From the NCBI GenBank assembly GCA_963777315.1, contig CAVZQC010000002.1:576001-640000 (forward strand): a stretch of DNA of 64,000 bases, in the 5' to 3' direction. Below the pieces are notes generated by a model. It saw only the letters and a program-made list of their open reading frames with translations, was not told where the DNA came from and did no database searches. Both the position numbers and the translations under genes were made by a program. This stretch comes from Vulcanimicrobiota bacterium (GTDB lineage: Bacteria > Vulcanimicrobiota > Vulcanimicrobiia > Vulcanimicrobiales > Vulcanimicrobiaceae). Positions 46,728-55,940 of this stretch are shown here, one piece after another (the stretch's first letter is position 1; every line of letters begins with the position of its first letter).

Positions 46728-47036
46728 TTAACTGCTCAGCGTTCCTTTATCGGGCGTCGGAGGCGGGACGTTTTCGCCCACGCCGGCGGCGTTGGGTGCA
46801 GAGACGTTCTGCATCGGATCGCGCTGCGCGGATTCCGCCCGCATGCGCGCTTGCTCGCGGGCATGGTCGGCCGCCGCATCGGCCTCAGCCTGCCCCACCA
46901 AAAATTCCTTTTTCGCTTGTCCCGCGCTGCGCGCGAGTTTGGGCAGCTTCTCCGCGCCGAACAGCACTACGGCGGCGACTACTACGATGGCGATGATCTC
47001 CGGGCTCAGCAGCGCGGTCATCGGGTGAATGGACAT
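46728..47036 (-). CDS. tatA: Twin-arginine translocase TatA
   Basis: EIIAIVVVAAVVLFGAEKLPKLARSAG; AGGAG RBS. Confidence 0.93.
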   Translation of the reverse strand: MSIHPMTALLSPEIIAIVVVAAVVLFGAEKLPKLARSAGQAKKEFLVGQAEADAAADHAREQARMRAESAQRDPMQNVSAPNAAGVGENVPPPTPDKGTLSS

Positions 47037-47044
47037 ACGTACTC

Positions 47045-48028
47045 CTATTCGACAAGGGTGTCGGCCAGACGCTGCAGTTCGTTCTTGGCTGCGCCGTGCT
47101 CGAGCGGCGCGAGGCAAAGCTTTGCACGGTGTGCGTACTGCGCTATCTGCTCGCGGGTTCCGGCCAGTCCCCCGCGGGCTGCGATCGCGTCGATTACCGG
47201 CCCCGCGGCGCCGTCTTCCCCTGTGCAATAGAAACGTTCGACCAGGCGCCGAGTGTCACCGTCACCCGCGGTCAAGGCCAGAATTAACGGAATCGTCACC
47301 TTGCGTTCGCGTAAATCGTTGGCAACCGGCTTGCCGAGCGCTTGCGCGTCCGCAGTCATGTCCAGCAGGTCGTCCTTCATCTGAAACGCGATCCCGAACT
47401 GCATGCCGTAGTCGCGCAGCGCCTTGACCGCAGCGGGCGCAGCGCCGCCCATGATGGCCCCGCACTGCGCCGAAGCGGCGAACAGCGATGCCGTTTTCTT
47501 CATCACGATGTCGACGTATTCGGTCAGCGGCAAATTCACATTGCCCAGCGCGCGCAGCTGCAGCACTTCGCCGTCGCAGATCTCGGCGAGCGTGGCCGAC
47601 AGTATGTTGGGAACCGGCGCGGGATACTGCGCGGTAACGTTTTTGAAGATCCACGCAAAAAGATAGTCACCCGCGAGCACGCTGATCCGGTTGCCGTAAT
47701 CCACCGCGGTTGCGTTCACGCCCCTGCGCGTCTGCGCGCCGTCGACCACGTCGTCGTGAATCAGCGTTGCGACGTGGATGAGCTCCATGTATGCGGCTAA
47801 ATGCAGATGGCTGCGCGGGTTTGCGCCGGCGGCTTGCGCGGCCAGCAGCGTGATGCGCGGGCGCAGCCGTTTGCCGCCGGCCGCCAGCATGCGTCGTATC
47901 GCTTCGGTGATCAGCGGATTGTCGGTCGTAAAGGCGTTGCGAAAGAAATCTTCGATCAGGCTGTAGAGGCTTGCATCGGTGCGGGGCTGCAAACCGTCCA
48001 GAGCGTCGCCGAAGGGTTCGATCATCAC
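47045..48028 (-). CDS. Polyprenyl (heptaprenyl-like) diphosphate synthase
   Basis: GGKRLRP, HDDVVD..TRRG, KTASLF, FQMKDDLLD. Confidence 0.95.
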   Translation of the reverse strand: MMIEPFGDALDGLQPRTDASLYSLIEDFFRNAFTTDNPLITEAIRRMLAAGGKRLRPRITLLAAQAAGANPRSHLHLAAYMELIHVATLIHDDVVDGAQTRRGVNATAVDYGNRISVLAGDYLFAWIFKNVTAQYPAPVPNILSATLAEICDGEVLQLRALGNVNLPLTEYVDIVMKKTASLFAASAQCGAIMGGAAPAAVKALRDYGMQFGIAFQMKDDLLDMTADAQALGKPVANDLRERKVTIPLILALTAGDGDTRRLVERFYCTGEDGAAGPVIDAIAARGGLAGTREQIAQYAHRAKLCLAPLEHGAAKNELQRLADTLVE

Positions 48029-48726
48029 GCGGTACCGTAGTGAATCGCGACGGCGCCGCCCATCAGCGGCACGTATCCTACGTCGCTGAATCCGGCGCCC
48101 GCGAAACGCTCGCGCAAAGCCCGAGCGTTGGGATGATGCGTGAGCGACTGGGGCAAATAGGTGTAGGCTTGACGCGATCCGCCCACGATTCCACCGACGA
48201 GCGGAACCACTTTATAAAAGTAGAGATCGAAGCAGGACTTCCAGATTTTGTTTGGCGCCTTGCTCATGTCCAAGTTCACGAAGCGTGCCCGGGGGCGCAG
48301 TACGCGTCGAACTTCGCGCAAGGTTGCGTCGATGTCGACGACGTTGCGCATCGAAAAGCCCATGATTGCGCCGTCGAAGCTGCGATCGTCGAACGGAAGC
48401 GCCATCACGTCGGCCTGAACGAATGCAACGTCCGCTCGGGCTTCGCGAGGGGCGCGCGCGCGAGCCGCATCCAGCATTGGTTCGCAGAAATCCACGCCCG
48501 TGACGTGCAGGCTCGGATCGCCGCGGACGAGATGAAACGCGAGGTCGCCGGTTCCGCAGCAGAGATCGACGACGGATGCACCTTTTGGAGCTGCCAGCAA
48601 GGCGATCGCGCGTTTGCGCCATCCTTCGTCGAGCCCGGCGCTGATGACGCGGTTGGCGGCATCGTAACGCGGCGCGATTTTCGCGAACATCTCGCGAACG
48701 TACGCCCCTTTGTCGGTGTCCATCAT
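48025..48726 (-). CDS. menG: Demethylmenaquinone methyltransferase (UbiE/MenG)
   Basis: VREMFAKIAPRYD..N, DLCCGTGD, LPFDDRSFD, MRNV, YTYLPQS. Confidence 0.93.
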   Translation of the reverse strand: MMDTDKGAYVREMFAKIAPRYDAANRVISAGLDEGWRKRAIALLAAPKGASVVDLCCGTGDLAFHLVRGDPSLHVTGVDFCEPMLDAARARAPREARADVAFVQADVMALPFDDRSFDGAIMGFSMRNVVDIDATLREVRRVLRPRARFVNLDMSKAPNKIWKSCFDLYFYKVVPLVGGIVGGSRQAYTYLPQSLTHHPNARALRERFAGAGFSDVGYVPLMGGAVAIHYGTA

Positions 48727-48790
48727 AATTGAAGCCGTACGGTTTCGCTTCGGCCCTTGACGTTCATTCCCCGAGATGTGAAGGGGAATC

Positions 48791-49708
48791 GTGGTCTCGC
48801 TTTCTTCCCGCAGCGCCGTGCTCGACGCCATCGGCAGCGCGCGCAGCGTGCTTTTCAGCGCATACACCCTGCAGCGCGGAGCCGTTTTCGACGCCTTGGC
48901 CGGGGCCGCGCGGCGCGGCGCGCGAGTAACCGTGCGTCTGGAGGGCCGTCCTTACGGCGATGCGGGCGGCCTGGCGCGGTCGAACGGCAATACCGTCGCG
49001 GCACTCAAACGTCTGGGCGCAGATGCCGCGCTGGTCGACACGGCTGGAGCGCGCGAACCGATGCTGCACGCCAAAGCCGCCGTCTGCGACGGCGTTGCGT
49101 ACCTGGACGATCGCAATTTCGTAGCAAACGCCGGCGATACTATCGTGCGCGACGACACTCCCGGCGACGTGCGAGCGTTGGCGGATGCGGTGCAGCATCG
49201 GCCCGCGGCGCCCGCGCACTGGTTCTGGACGACGAAAAGGGCCGCGCTCGAGGGTGAAGCCGCATTGCTCGACGGCGCTGCAAACGCCAAGACGGTCGAC
49301 GTGGAAACGGAATCATTCGGGCTTCCCGGCGGAGTATATGCGCCGCTCAAGCGGCTTGCGGCCGCCGGCGTCGCATGCCGGCTCATCGTTTCGCCCCGCT
49401 ACGTAAAGCCGAACGAGGCGCACGTTTTGGACTTGCTGCGCGCTGCCGGCGTTGCGGTTCGCCTAGGAACGTTCAACGAAAAGCTGGCGGTCGTCGACGG
49501 CGCGCACGCGTGGACCGGTTCGGCAAACTCCAGTTGCGAGCCGTGCAACGGCGACGACGTCGACTGGGGACTGCGGACCGATGCTCCCGACGTCGTCGGA
49601 GCGCTGGCCTCGCACTTCAACGCGCATTGGACTGCGGCAAAACCGCTGGAAACGCGAAAAGCCGCTGCGCCGTACGCGTCGTCGCTGCAGCAACTTCATC
49701 CGGCGTAA
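48791..49708 (+). CDS. Phospholipase D superfamily protein (two PLD domains)
   Basis: HAKAAVCD (HKD) and NEKLAVVD...TGSAN (second motif lacks His). Confidence 0.8.
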   Translation: MVSLSSRSAVLDAIGSARSVLFSAYTLQRGAVFDALAGAARRGARVTVRLEGRPYGDAGGLARSNGNTVAALKRLGADAALVDTAGAREPMLHAKAAVCDGVAYLDDRNFVANAGDTIVRDDTPGDVRALADAVQHRPAAPAHWFWTTKRAALEGEAALLDGAANAKTVDVETESFGLPGGVYAPLKRLAAAGVACRLIVSPRYVKPNEAHVLDLLRAAGVAVRLGTFNEKLAVVDGAHAWTGSANSSCEPCNGDDVDWGLRTDAPDVVGALASHFNAHWTAAKPLETRKAAAPYASSLQQLHPA

Positions 49709-50411
49709 GGGCCAGCAGTTCGCCTACTTTGCGTGCGGTCGCGGTCACGAACGCCGGTTCGTTGCGCGCACCGCGGTGCGGGACCGGCGCTAAGTACGGG
49801 CAATCCGTTTCCAAAACGATGTGCTCGATGCCCACCGCAGCGACCGCATCGCGGACCTGCCCGGCGGATTTGAACGTCAGCACGCCGCCGACGCCCAAAT
49901 GCAGGCCGAATTCCTCCACGTACGTTTTTGCCTGAACGACGTCGCCGGTGAAGCAGTGAACGACGCCGCGCATGTGCGCCTGCCACTCTTCGCGCAGGAT
50001 CCAAACGAAGTCGTCGAACGCGTCGCGGTGGTGGAAAATGACCGGCTTTCCGGTTTGGCGCGCAATGCGAATCTGTTCGCGCAGGGCGGTTTGCTGAGCC
50101 GCGCGCGGGCTGTGGTCGTAGTAGTAGTCCAGTCCGGTCTCGCCGATTGCGAGCACGCGCGGATCGTTCAGAAACGGCGCGAACTCCGCCGCGATGTCGG
50201 CCGGCGCCGATTTTGCTTCGTGCGGATGTATCCCCACGGAAGAAAACAGATCGTAACGCCGCGCGGCGTCCAGCGCGCGCGCCGAATCGGCGAGATCGCA
50301 TCCGACCATCACCGCGCTCGCAATGCCTGCCGCGCGCATGCGTTCGACGACTGCATCGCGGTCGGCGTCGAAAGCAGCATCGTGAACGTGAGCGTGCGTA
50401 TCGATCAGCAT
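49617..50411 (-). CDS. tatD: TatD-family DNase
   Basis: IDTHAH, VGIHPH, IGETGLDY, HCFTG, ETDCPYLAP, RNEP. Confidence 0.95.
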   Translation of the reverse strand: MLIDTHAHVHDAAFDADRDAVVERMRAAGIASAVMVGCDLADSARALDAARRYDLFSSVGIHPHEAKSAPADIAAEFAPFLNDPRVLAIGETGLDYYYDHSPRAAQQTALREQIRIARQTGKPVIFHHRDAFDDFVWILREEWQAHMRGVVHCFTGDVVQAKTYVEEFGLHLGVGGVLTFKSAGQVRDAVAAVGIEHIVLETDCPYLAPVPHRGARNEPAFVTATARKVGELLALTPDEVAAATTRTAQRLFAFPAVLPQSNAR

Positions 50412-51955
50412 ATGCGGGGAAAGAGCGCTTCGCCCGGCGCGGTCTGACCGCCCGCGGGCATGCCGCCCCACACCAGCGCATCGTTCCAGTCCCGGTCGAT
50501 GCGTTCGGCCATGCCCAGCTGTTCCCACATGGCGCGCGCTCGCTGCGGCATGAACGGCTCGAGCAGCACGGCCAGCCAGCGCAACCCTTCGCACAGATCG
50601 TATAAAAGCGCGTCCAATTCGCGCTGCCGTCCTTCTTTGAACAGCACCCATGGCTTGCGTTCGTCGATGACCCGGTTGAGCGCGCCGACCAGTTCCCAGA
50701 TCGCCTCGAGCGCCTCGCGGAACTGCAGATCGAAGATCGAATTGCGCACGCGCTGCGGCAGTTCGGCAAACCGCTCGCCCAACGGCATGCCGCCGGTTTC
50801 TTCATCCGGGCTTTGCGGCACCAACCCGTTGCGGTATTTTTCCAGCATCGCCAGCGACCGGCGCAGCAGATTGCCGAGATCGTTGCCCAAGTCGCTGTTG
50901 TACCGCGCGGCGATTTTCTCTTCGGAGTACGAAAAGTCGCTGCCGAACGGCGCTTCGCGCAGCAGGAAGTAGCGCATCGCGTCGGCTCCGAAGCGATCCG
51001 CCAGCGCGAACGGATCGACGGCGTTGCCCAAGCTCTTGCCCATCTTCAAACCGTCGACCGTAATCCAGCCGTGCGCAAACACCGTCTGCGGCGCCGCCTG
51101 GCCGATGCCCCACAGAATGGCGGGCCAGATCAGCGTGTGGAAACGCGCGATTTCCTTGCCGATCAGCTGCACCGAAGCGGGCCAAAACGTCGCGAATTTT
51201 TCACCGTCCGGCCAGTCGAGCGCCGAGATGTAGTTGAGCAGCGCGTCGAACCACACGTAGATGACGCCGTGACCCTGCGAATCGGCAGCGGGAACGGGAA
51301 TCCCCCACGCTAAGTTCGTGCGCGATATCGAGAGATCGTCCAAGCCTTCGTCCAGCAGCGCCATCATTTCGTTGTAGACCGCGCGGGGACGAACCCAATT
51401 GGGATGATCGGTGAAGTGCTGCTTCAAGCGCTGCGTATACTTGGACAGGCGAAAAAACCAGTCGTCCTCGGAAAGCCACTGCACGGGCCGTCCGCAGGTG
51501 GGACATTTGCCGTCGATCAGTTTGGATTCCAGCCAAAACGTCTCGTCGGCAACGCAATACCAGCCTTCGTACTTGCCTAAATACACGTCGCCGTTTTCGC
51601 GCAGCTTGTCGAATACCGCCTGAACGACGCGCTGATGGCGCGGCTGCGTGGTACGGATGAAGTCGTCGTATTCGATCTCGTAGAGCGCAAAGAGCGCCTT
51701 CCAGCGGGGAACCAAATCGTCGCACCATTGCTGAGGCGATTTTCCCGCCGTTTGGGCGGCATCGGCCACCTTTTGTCCGTGTTCGTCGGTGCCGGTCAAA
51801 AAATACGCGGCCCCGTGCGCGCGCGCGGTGCGGGCCATGACGTCCGCCACGATCGTCGTGTAGGCGTGACCGATGTGCGGATTGCCGCTGATGTAATAGA
51901 TCGGCGTGGTAACGTAAAACGGTCCGGGTTCGAATGCGGACGGCCTAGGCTGCAT
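50405..51955 (-). CDS. metG: Methionyl-tRNA synthetase (no C-terminal dimerisation domain)
   Basis: TTPIYY, HIGH, TGTDEHG, YVWFDAL, KMGKS. Confidence 0.97.
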   Translation of the reverse strand: MQPRPSAFEPGPFYVTTPIYYISGNPHIGHAYTTIVADVMARTARAHGAAYFLTGTDEHGQKVADAAQTAGKSPQQWCDDLVPRWKALFALYEIEYDDFIRTTQPRHQRVVQAVFDKLRENGDVYLGKYEGWYCVADETFWLESKLIDGKCPTCGRPVQWLSEDDWFFRLSKYTQRLKQHFTDHPNWVRPRAVYNEMMALLDEGLDDLSISRTNLAWGIPVPAADSQGHGVIYVWFDALLNYISALDWPDGEKFATFWPASVQLIGKEIARFHTLIWPAILWGIGQAAPQTVFAHGWITVDGLKMGKSLGNAVDPFALADRFGADAMRYFLLREAPFGSDFSYSEEKIAARYNSDLGNDLGNLLRRSLAMLEKYRNGLVPQSPDEETGGMPLGERFAELPQRVRNSIFDLQFREALEAIWELVGALNRVIDERKPWVLFKEGRQRELDALLYDLCEGLRWLAVLLEPFMPQRARAMWEQLGMAERIDRDWNDALVWGGMPAGGQTAPGEALFPRIC

Positions 51956-51963
51956 CGTTTTCT

Positions 51964-52815
51964 CTATCGCTGCGCGGCGCAGCTCTCCCTTCGCAGCGCT
52001 TTGCGCTCGCCGGCGCGGGCGTAAATCGCGCGCCGTTGTCCGTAACCCCGTTCGCTCAGTACTTTGGCGATCGCGGCAACGCCGCGATCGGCATCCAACA
52101 GCGCGTCGATTTCGGCATCGAGCTGCGCCGGATCGTGTTGCTGCGCTTGCGGCACGCCGGGCATGATCGCGACGACGACTTCGCCGCGCACGGGTTCGCC
52201 GAGGCGTTCGCATATTTCCGCGGCGGTTCCGGCGAGCTGCTCTTCAAAGCGCTTGGTGTATTCGCGCAGCACGAACACGCGAGCGGCGCCGTCGACGGCA
52301 GTTATGTCGGCGAGCATCGCGCGCAGCCGCTGCGGCGATTCGTACCAAATGCTCGCGATGCCCAGCGCGAAGCTGCGCGCGAGGGCGCGCTTTCGAGCCG
52401 AGCTCGTGCGTGGGGCAAAACCTTCGAACACGAAGCGGCGCAGCGGCAAGCCCGACAGGACGGCGGCGCCCACCAGCGCACTGGGCCCGGGCAAAACTTC
52501 CAACGCAATGCCGGCGGCTCGGGCCGCGGCCACCAGGTCCGTGCCCGGGTCGGAGATCCCGGGCGTGCCGGCGTCCGTAACGACCGCCACGAGTTCGTTG
52601 CGCGCGCGCTCCAGGATCCCCGCGGTAACCGAACCCGCGTTGTGCTCGTGATACGTCCAAATTTCTTTGGACGGCAGCTCTAGAGCGCCGAGGAGCTTTC
52701 GCGCAACGCGAGAGTCCTCAGCGACGAGCAGGGAGCAGTCGCGCAGCGTGTCGAGCACGCGCAGCGTCACGTCGCGCAGATTGCCCAGCGGCGTCGGCAC
52801 GAAGACCAGCGGCAT
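51964..52815 (-). CDS. rsmI: 16S rRNA (cytidine-2'-O)-methyltransferase
   Basis: PTPLGNLRD, AEDSR, YHEHN, DAGTPGISDPG, YESP.R, REYTKRFEE. Confidence 0.96.
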   Translation of the reverse strand: MPLVFVPTPLGNLRDVTLRVLDTLRDCSLLVAEDSRVARKLLGALELPSKEIWTYHEHNAGSVTAGILERARNELVAVVTDAGTPGISDPGTDLVAAARAAGIALEVLPGPSALVGAAVLSGLPLRRFVFEGFAPRTSSARKRALARSFALGIASIWYESPQRLRAMLADITAVDGAARVFVLREYTKRFEEQLAGTAAEICERLGEPVRGEVVVAIMPGVPQAQQHDPAQLDAEIDALLDADRGVAAIAKVLSERGYGQRRAIYARAGERKALRRESCAAQR

Positions 52816-52933
52816 GGGCCGCGTTTTCGACGCCCGGAAGCGCTCTCCGCGAGGCCCGCGGCAAGGCAAGCGTCCGGCTCGGCTCTAAGCGGCATCACCC
52901 CGCGCGCCGATACATCGGGGTGGAAACCACGAT

Positions 52934-54520
52934 ATGATTCGCACGCGAACCCTGCCCCGAGTGGCTCCGTCGACCGTACGCCGATCGCGACTAGAACGGT
53001 GGCTGGCCTGCCATGCCGGCGTGCCGCTGCGGCTGGTCGTCGCTCCGGCCGGTTCGGGCAAAACGACGCTGCTGCTCAAGTATCTCCCGAACAGCGCGAT
53101 CGATGCGGCGTACTGCGCGCTGCCGCAAATGTGCTCCCCGCAGGCGTTGTACCAGTGCATCGCCGACGCGCTGTGCCTGCAGAGCGTTCCGGCGTCGTAC
53201 GACGACATGATTGCCGCGCTGCGTTCGGGCGTGTCGGCGCCCACGGAGCTGGCCATCGACGACGTGGACAACGCCGGGCCGCCGGCCGCCGCGCAACTGC
53301 GGCGCCTAGTCGAAGATGCTCCCGAGTCGTTGACCTTCATTTACGCCTCGCGATCCCGCGGCGCCATCGATGCCAAGACGTGGATCGCGCGTGGACTTTC
53401 GGTGCTGTGCGATCATCGCCGGCTGGCGTTCGATCCGGCCGAAACGGAGATGCTGGCCGAAACGTGCGGCGTTGCGTGCACGCATCTGGAGATCGGGCGT
53501 CTGCTCGAAGAGAGCGACGGCTGGGCGATCGTCGTCAGCGGCGCCGTTCGCGCGGCGGCCGAAGACAGCCGTTCGCTCAGCGACGCCTACGAACACTGGC
53601 GCAGCCGGTACGGACAGCTCTTCACCGAATTCATCGCCGCCGATTTGGAGCGGGCCCCCGAAGAGGATCGCGCGCTCGTCCGCAGCCTCATCGCCGGCGC
53701 GAGCATCGACGATCGCGATCGGCTCGCGCGGCTGGAAACGCAAGGCCTGTTCGTCGTGGCCGACGACGACGGCTACCGGCCGTATCGTCCCATCCGGCAA
53801 CTGCGCGGCCGCGCGCGGCTTTCGCCCAGTGCGCGCCTTTCGCCGCTGATCGTGCGCATGTTCGGACGGTTTGTGTCCGAGATCGACGGTCAGGACGTCG
53901 GCTGGATCCGCCGGCGGGACCAGCAGTTCATCAAGTATCTGCTGCTCAAGCCCACGGCCAGCGCCACGCGCGCAGAACTCGCGTCGGTGTTTTGGCCCGA
54001 AGCGGACCGCCAACTCGCCGCGCAAAGCGTCCGGACGGCGTGCAGCAACATTCGCAAAGCGATCGCCGCGCAAGTGGGTTACGCGTGCGTCGATCTCTAT
54101 TTCCGCGCCGATCCCGACGTGTCGCTCGATCTCACCAACGTGGTCGCGGACGTGCGGCGTTTCAGCGCGCACGTTGCCGACGGTGATGCTTCCTTCGATC
54201 GCGGCGACCTGCAGGAAGCTGCGGTGCACTATCGCGCCGCCGAAGAGCTCTACGCCGGCAGACTGCTCGACGGAGACGTGCCCGAAGCGTGGTTTTCGAG
54301 CGACGCGGAGTTGCTCGAAGAACGCTTCGCCATCGTGCTCGAACGCCTCGCGCAGACGGCTTTCGATCAAGGCGACATGAAGAGCGCGGCCGAGTATGCC
54401 TTCCGCGTGCAGAAGGTTCGCCCGGATGCCGGCGGTTTGATCAAGATGCTCGGGCGCTTGGCGCCGCAATACCAGGCTTCGTCGCTGGACGAACATCGCC
54501 GCCGGCGTGTCGGCGCGTAA
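52934..54520 (+). CDS. MalT-like ATPase / winged-helix / BTAD transcriptional regulator
   Basis: RRSRL, VAPAGSGKTTL, IDD, SDGW; C-terminus RMFG.F, RAEL...FWPE, DVRRF, LYAGRLL. Confidence 0.8.
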   Translation: MIRTRTLPRVAPSTVRRSRLERWLACHAGVPLRLVVAPAGSGKTTLLLKYLPNSAIDAAYCALPQMCSPQALYQCIADALCLQSVPASYDDMIAALRSGVSAPTELAIDDVDNAGPPAAAQLRRLVEDAPESLTFIYASRSRGAIDAKTWIARGLSVLCDHRRLAFDPAETEMLAETCGVACTHLEIGRLLEESDGWAIVVSGAVRAAAEDSRSLSDAYEHWRSRYGQLFTEFIAADLERAPEEDRALVRSLIAGASIDDRDRLARLETQGLFVVADDDGYRPYRPIRQLRGRARLSPSARLSPLIVRMFGRFVSEIDGQDVGWIRRRDQQFIKYLLLKPTASATRAELASVFWPEADRQLAAQSVRTACSNIRKAIAAQVGYACVDLYFRADPDVSLDLTNVVADVRRFSAHVADGDASFDRGDLQEAAVHYRAAEELYAGRLLDGDVPEAWFSSDAELLEERFAIVLERLAQTAFDQGDMKSAAEYAFRVQKVRPDAGGLIKMLGRLAPQYQASSLDEHRRRRVGA

Positions 54521-55940
54521 CCGCACGGCGCTCTGCGCGCTGGGGGCGCTGCTGCTGGCGGCCTGGCAGCTGCACGCGGCCTCTCGTGCCGGCGTGGCGT
54601 TCGGTGATTTTCGCGCGTTTTATTGCGCGGGAGCCGCTTTGGCGCACGGTGCGAACCCGTATGCCGCCGCGCCGCTCTATGCATGCGAGCGCGTCCCGAT
54701 GCCGCTGGGATTGTATCACTCTGTTGCGGGCGTGACGGTCCCCGCGCCTTTACCCGGATACGCGCTGCTCGCGTTCGTTCCGCTCGCGTTTCTCCCGTAT
54801 CCCGCGGCGTGCGCCGTATGGCTGGCGATGGTGTTGGCGGCATGCGCCGCGAGCGTTTGCGCGCTTGCCGCGCTGCTGGAACGCTCGCGTGAAGCGGCGT
54901 TGTGCGCTCTCGCCGTCGGTTTTGCCGTCATGGTCGTACCGTTCGGCGAACTCGGTTCAGTCTGCATGGCCGGGATGCTGTGCGCCGCCTTTGCGCTGCG
55001 CAAGCGCGCGTGGACGTGGGCGACGGTCGGCTGCGGCGTGGCCGCCGTCACACCGCACGTCGCATTGCCGGCGCTCGCGGCCATTTTCGTGCTGATCCGG
55101 CCGATGCGCTTGCGCGTGGCTGCGTTGTGCGCCGCGCTGCTCGTTCTGGACGCAGCCGCAGGCGGCGTGCACGCCGCCTATTCCTACGTGATGCTGGTTT
55201 TGCCCGCGCACGCGCTCTCGGAGATCGGCAGCTCGGCGCAATACGGTGTCACGTGGATGCTGCACGGTCTGGGTGCGACCGACCGCGCTGCTATCGCCGC
55301 CGGTGAAGCGTCGTACGCCGGCATGCTGATCTTGGGCCTGGCTGCGGCTTGGGGTCTGTACGCGCGCCGGCCCGACTCCGCATACCCGGCGCTGATCCCG
55401 CCGGCGTTCGTCGTGTTCGGCGGAACGTTCATTCACTACGCGCAGATCATGATAGCGATTCCGGCTGCGCTCGTGCTGCTGCATGGAACGCGTGGGCGCG
55501 CGCGCTGGGTGCTGGGCGCCGCGGTGCTGCTGCTGGCGTTTCCGTGGCTGCGCGCGCTGGGCGAGCCCGCGCTGATTGCGGCCTACGCGGCGACAAGCGC
55601 GCTGCTTGCGCGCGCGCTGCTGGATTGGGATGCCGCGGCGTCGCTGCGCGCGGCGCTGGCGAGCACTCTGCTCACCGGATTACTGCTCGCGGCCGGTTAT
55701 CATTTCGGCGCCGATCTTCCCGCGCACGTTCACGCGCTGGGCGCGCAGCATGGTCTGGCGCAAAGCTCGTGGACGCAATTCGTGCGCACGCGGCTGTCGA
55801 GCACCGGCATCGTTTGGTGGATAGCCAAAGCGCCGACGTGGCTGGGCCTAGCTGTGCTAACGTTGAGCTGTGCGTACGGTCTGGCGAAGGAAAATCTCGT
55901 AGCGGCCGCCGCGGTAGAACAGGTGCCAGTCGCGCCGTAG
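54507..55940 (+). CDS. GT87/DUF2029-like GT-C glycosyltransferase
   Basis: DFRAFYCAG...GANPY and PLP motif followed by many TM segments. Confidence 0.7.
   Translation: MSARNRTALCALGALLLAAWQLHAASRAGVAFGDFRAFYCAGAALAHGANPYAAAPLYACERVPMPLGLYHSVAGVTVPAPLPGYALLAFVPLAFLPYPAACAVWLAMVLAACAASVCALAALLERSREAALCALAVGFAVMVVPFGELGSVCMAGMLCAAFALRKRAWTWATVGCGVAAVTPHVALPALAAIFVLIRPMRLRVAALCAALLVLDAAAGGVHAAYSYVMLVLPAHALSEIGSSAQYGVTWMLHGLGATDRAAIAAGEASYAGMLILGLAAAWGLYARRPDSAYPALIPPAFVVFGGTFIHYAQIMIAIPAALVLLHGTRGRARWVLGAAVLLLAFPWLRALGEPALIAAYAATSALLARALLDWDAAASLRAALASTLLTGLLLAAGYHFGADLPAHVHALGAQHGLAQSSWTQFVRTRLSSTGIVWWIAKAPTWLGLAVLTLSCAYGLAKENLVAAAAVEQVPVAP

Noticed and set aside
52816..52933. Riboswitch-like hairpins upstream of the BTAD regulator (CACCCCG/CGGGGTG, GTGGAAACCAC)
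   Set aside because: No match to riboswitch consensus sequences I know, including c-di-GMP-I; short GC stems are expected by chance.
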